Origin: a virus
Lineage: Duplodnaviria; Caudoviricetes
DNA: 25,904 nucleotides
IMG/VR virus record: IMGVR_UViG_3300020042_007185
Span: 1 to 25,904 of that record
Strand: one strand, 5' to 3'
The notes beneath the pieces were generated by a model. That model did not search any database, was not told the DNA's origin, and saw nothing but the letters and a program-made list of their open reading frames with translations. Both the position numbers and the translations under genes were made by a program. How positions within the stretch are numbered: position 1 is the first letter of the stretch; every line of letters begins with the position of its first letter. Positions 24,401 through 25,904 of this stretch are shown in pieces.

Positions 24401-25904
24401 TTCAACTCCGGATATTCAGACCAGCAAAAAGTTGAAGCAATTGCAAAGATTGAAAACTATCTAGGCCAAGGCAACAGAGAAGGCGCTAAATCAACTTATC
24501 AAGGAATGCTACAAGCTCCTGGCACAAACCAGGTTTCAGGATATAAGCTTTCAACTCCTGCAGAAATTCAGGCACGTAACAAACCTGTCCTGGAATCCAT
24601 TGAAGCCCTTAAGCAAGCTAACGCCGATCTCGTAGTTGCTTTAGATATTGAGTCAACAGGTGGTTACTCAGCTACTCCTGCGCAAAACGGAAGGCCAGCC
24701 CAGCCTGGGATGCGCAACCGCGTATTTGCTTATGGTGCCACTGCAGGCTTTGGTGAGCAAAGCCGTCAACCAAGTGCTGGACGTAATGGAATCGACATTG
24801 TTCGACCTAACACTGTTGGAATTAGCCACAACATGCTTGTGCCACCAATGGACCCAAACTCGCCTTACACATCATTCAACAAAAGAGCTTCCGCTTCAAT
24901 CGGCCTTGGTGACGAAAACTCTACCCAAAAGCAAATCCTTGCACTACTAGGCAAAAGAATTGATTCGCTAGGTTACCCTGAACAAAACAAAGAAGGCTCA
25001 GAGCAAGCTTATGTAAACCAGCTTGAAGACATTGCCGCCCTTTTGATGAAGCTTTACGAAACCGGAACTCCTTTAGCAATTCACAGCAACACGCTAAGTG
25101 ACCTAACTACCCTTGGCAAAGAGTTTGCAAACTATGGTATCGCGGCCCCAACAGGTGGTCAGATGCGTGACGCAGGCATGCTTATTGAAACGCAAAACAT
25201 GTCAACAATGCTGGGCGGAGTCTTTAAAGAATTTAACGAAAAGTTTTCGCAAAAACTGGGCGACCTTTACAAGTTCTTTAGCGGAACTCAAATGGGTGCA
25301 GAACTTACCCCAACATCTGGAAGCACACCAAGATACAGTGCTGGCGGTGAAACTGCCCACGACCCACAAACAGACGCTAACGCAACTCTTGTAGTTTTCA
25401 AAACGTTGATGGAAGCAGCTAAACAATACAGCGTAAAACAAAAGGGTTGGTTTAAAGAACTTGTTGACTTTGCAACTGCAACTGTGCAAGACGCTTCAAG
25501 CGCCATCTGGGGTAGCCAGCGTGAGCGTGGAGGCAGATCTCTTCAAGGAATGCAACGTCAAGCCGCTACAAACGGCGGGCAACTACAGCCAGCCGTAGCA
25601 AACCGCGGAGCTTTAGTAAACTCGACTTCAAGTCAAACAACATTGTTTGATGACGCTGAAATTCAATTAATGCAAGACGCTGCACAACGTCGTCAGGCTT
25701 ACGAGCAAGAACTTGCAAGGCTTATAGAAGAACGCGAAAAAGAGAAGGCTCGCCTAGAACAAGAGCGCCTAAAGGCTGAACGTCAATACAAGATTGACAT
25801 GGTTGAACAGCTTATGTCAGAGAACAAAGCTATCGGCTTTGACAATATTAGCAACTCTACTATTGCTGGCAAAACAATTGGTGGTGGGGACAAGTCAAAA
25901 ATTG
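21440..25904 (+). CDS. Tape measure protein (at least 1488 aa, truncated by the window) with an embedded DEDDh exonuclease domain
   Basis: Hand translation shows no stop from TTG 21440 (MADKYSISLGLDVSGA); follows G/GT; coiled-coil N-terminus; GIGRNSPAKYF...G...EG...G resembles the TMP 'SPS' motif. Confidence 0.85.
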   Translation, partial: MADKYSISLGLDVSGARADLTAFEKEYVAKVKAMGGRLASVKPVIFDDEAKGADKLVKQILNVRKSMAQLKEEKRQLGKIMSSEWESMTPDTKKSRGAAMKTLKDNIAKTDKTGKQLAAHLRGIQDEPVKLLKGLGEQLAMIRSKLNSTAPSLDQTTILNETKKLADTINGKFKDLASVRGAIEKIKIDSRQAWMADKGPKNAETRKQQVASMRTKQQPFVAQENELQAQISAMTNQKNDLQRAFGKASSEQYKKLVEIGKGIVAQISDVKKLQDYLDALLESADLPLNSPKNRYKPQTRGVKFSEQMPDFDAYEMLGGRRKRRGLARELVTETPQQGRKNNNVTGGRAPNLILAALVKTGAITAEQAAKTAQGLGGVGVQLVVVGDALEEFEASLRKANEATEAEAALGEDELRVKGRNAKTLQQKVAERELLGPRLGEVTSETTDFKRMVAEYNSYISSMLTAFSFGDESRVGGVNNKNSGLYPMSPSDNPNNLEDDAASKNAVITAKQFEEAAMLAFEAGTMQNEAATKLGQGIIPVLINRTKKNQFMSPFSDNSEDEDGNQIKRTPAWQKVDFSNQDAILKAYQAYVNDFQAKNKPTIEPYQGQENSISGLMGKGTTANAIELMIAAVTQGARQAEFSQNAGEPGIGEVINPGSLIAMEIFDQLPQLGKDFVELAHEIALTLGIIKPLTENPYGESVTQGMGDYVNPSMTTFERMLDANNYNPRKKLSVNGQDVELGSGPGKLPPMEQIGVKSATITKVIQDLATEFKKIYGDTIGNIGNQVRQVDPRTFKPADAGTVAPVEMKNIDAFIQNRKAFIDFVKTARLTVSDITMALPAVEDAFDKLSMVIDQGVAGSKLSRGDIKDQGFAYRQGQDLGMVGRAEKRFGKGSSTTPIFSDLIDASESVDDAVAGLANGVSAREKDIANIGEDMGKEFGGGFDEGIGRNSPAKYFIDAAGDAVEGVIVGSQMRLKDLNEAGRAMAESFNSGYSDQQKVEAIAKIENYLGQGNREGAKSTYQGMLQAPGTNQVSGYKLSTPAEIQARNKPVLESIEALKQANADLVVALDIESTGGYSATPAQNGRPAQPGMRNRVFAYGATAGFGEQSRQPSAGRNGIDIVRPNTVGISHNMLVPPMDPNSPYTSFNKRASASIGLGDENSTQKQILALLGKRIDSLGYPEQNKEGSEQAYVNQLEDIAALLMKLYETGTPLAIHSNTLSDLTTLGKEFANYGIAAPTGGQMRDAGMLIETQNMSTMLGGVFKEFNEKFSQKLGDLYKFFSGTQMGAELTPTSGSTPRYSAGGETAHDPQTDANATLVVFKTLMEAAKQYSVKQKGWFKELVDFATATVQDASSAIWGSQRERGGRSLQGMQRQAATNGGQLQPAVANRGALVNSTSSQTTLFDDAEIQLMQDAAQRRQAYEQELARLIEEREKEKARLEQERLKAERQYKIDMVEQLMSENKAIGFDNISNSTIAGKTIGGGDKSKI
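24629..25420 (+). other. DEDDh (DnaQ-like) 3'-5' exonuclease domain inside the tape measure ORF
   Basis: ExoI LVVALDIESTG, ExoII LAIHSNTLSDL, ExoIII AHDPQTDANAT, all in one frame and in the right order. Confidence 0.75.

Noticed and set aside
21382-25506. The many short ORFs listed across the last 4.5 kb
   Set aside because: All overlap one uninterrupted plus-strand frame from 21440, which the track omitted because it has no stop in the window.
1-25904. Stop-codon reassignment, introns/inteins, integrase or IS elements
   Set aside because: Core genes are full length in the standard code, end in all three stop codons and have normal sizes; no recombinase, transposase or splicing motifs were seen.

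Overview
A fragment of a long-tailed (siphovirus-type) dsDNA phage genome. The host is probably an actinobacterium, inferred from the gene families and the leaderless transcripts. Layout: (1) 1-2113, minus-strand cluster of tiny acidic early genes driven by three TTGACA-type sigma70 promoters; (2) about 2114-2660, AT-rich divergent intergenic region; (3) 2663-8223, plus-strand accessory block with a COOH-NH2 (amido)ligase, a class II glutamine amidotransferase, a DUF669-like SSB and several structured intergenic elements; (4) about 8225-8470, hairpin- and C-run-rich gap where strand composition flips from A/C-rich to G/T-rich; (5) 8488-end, packaging, head and tail module (TerS, TerL, portal, protease/scaffold, DUF2190, capsid, collagen fibre, head-tail proteins, duplicated tail tube, frameshifted chaperones, tape measure). 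Top finding: the tape measure ORF (21440 to past the window end, absent from the supplied ORF track) contains a DEDDh/DnaQ-like 3'-5' exonuclease domain with all catalytic motifs present. Other highlights are a putative late small RNA displaying an anti-Shine-Dalgarno loop, the amidoligase/GATase pair with a 9-Cys insert, and a candidate origin or genome end at the skew switch. All family calls come from motif recognition by eye; no database searches were run.
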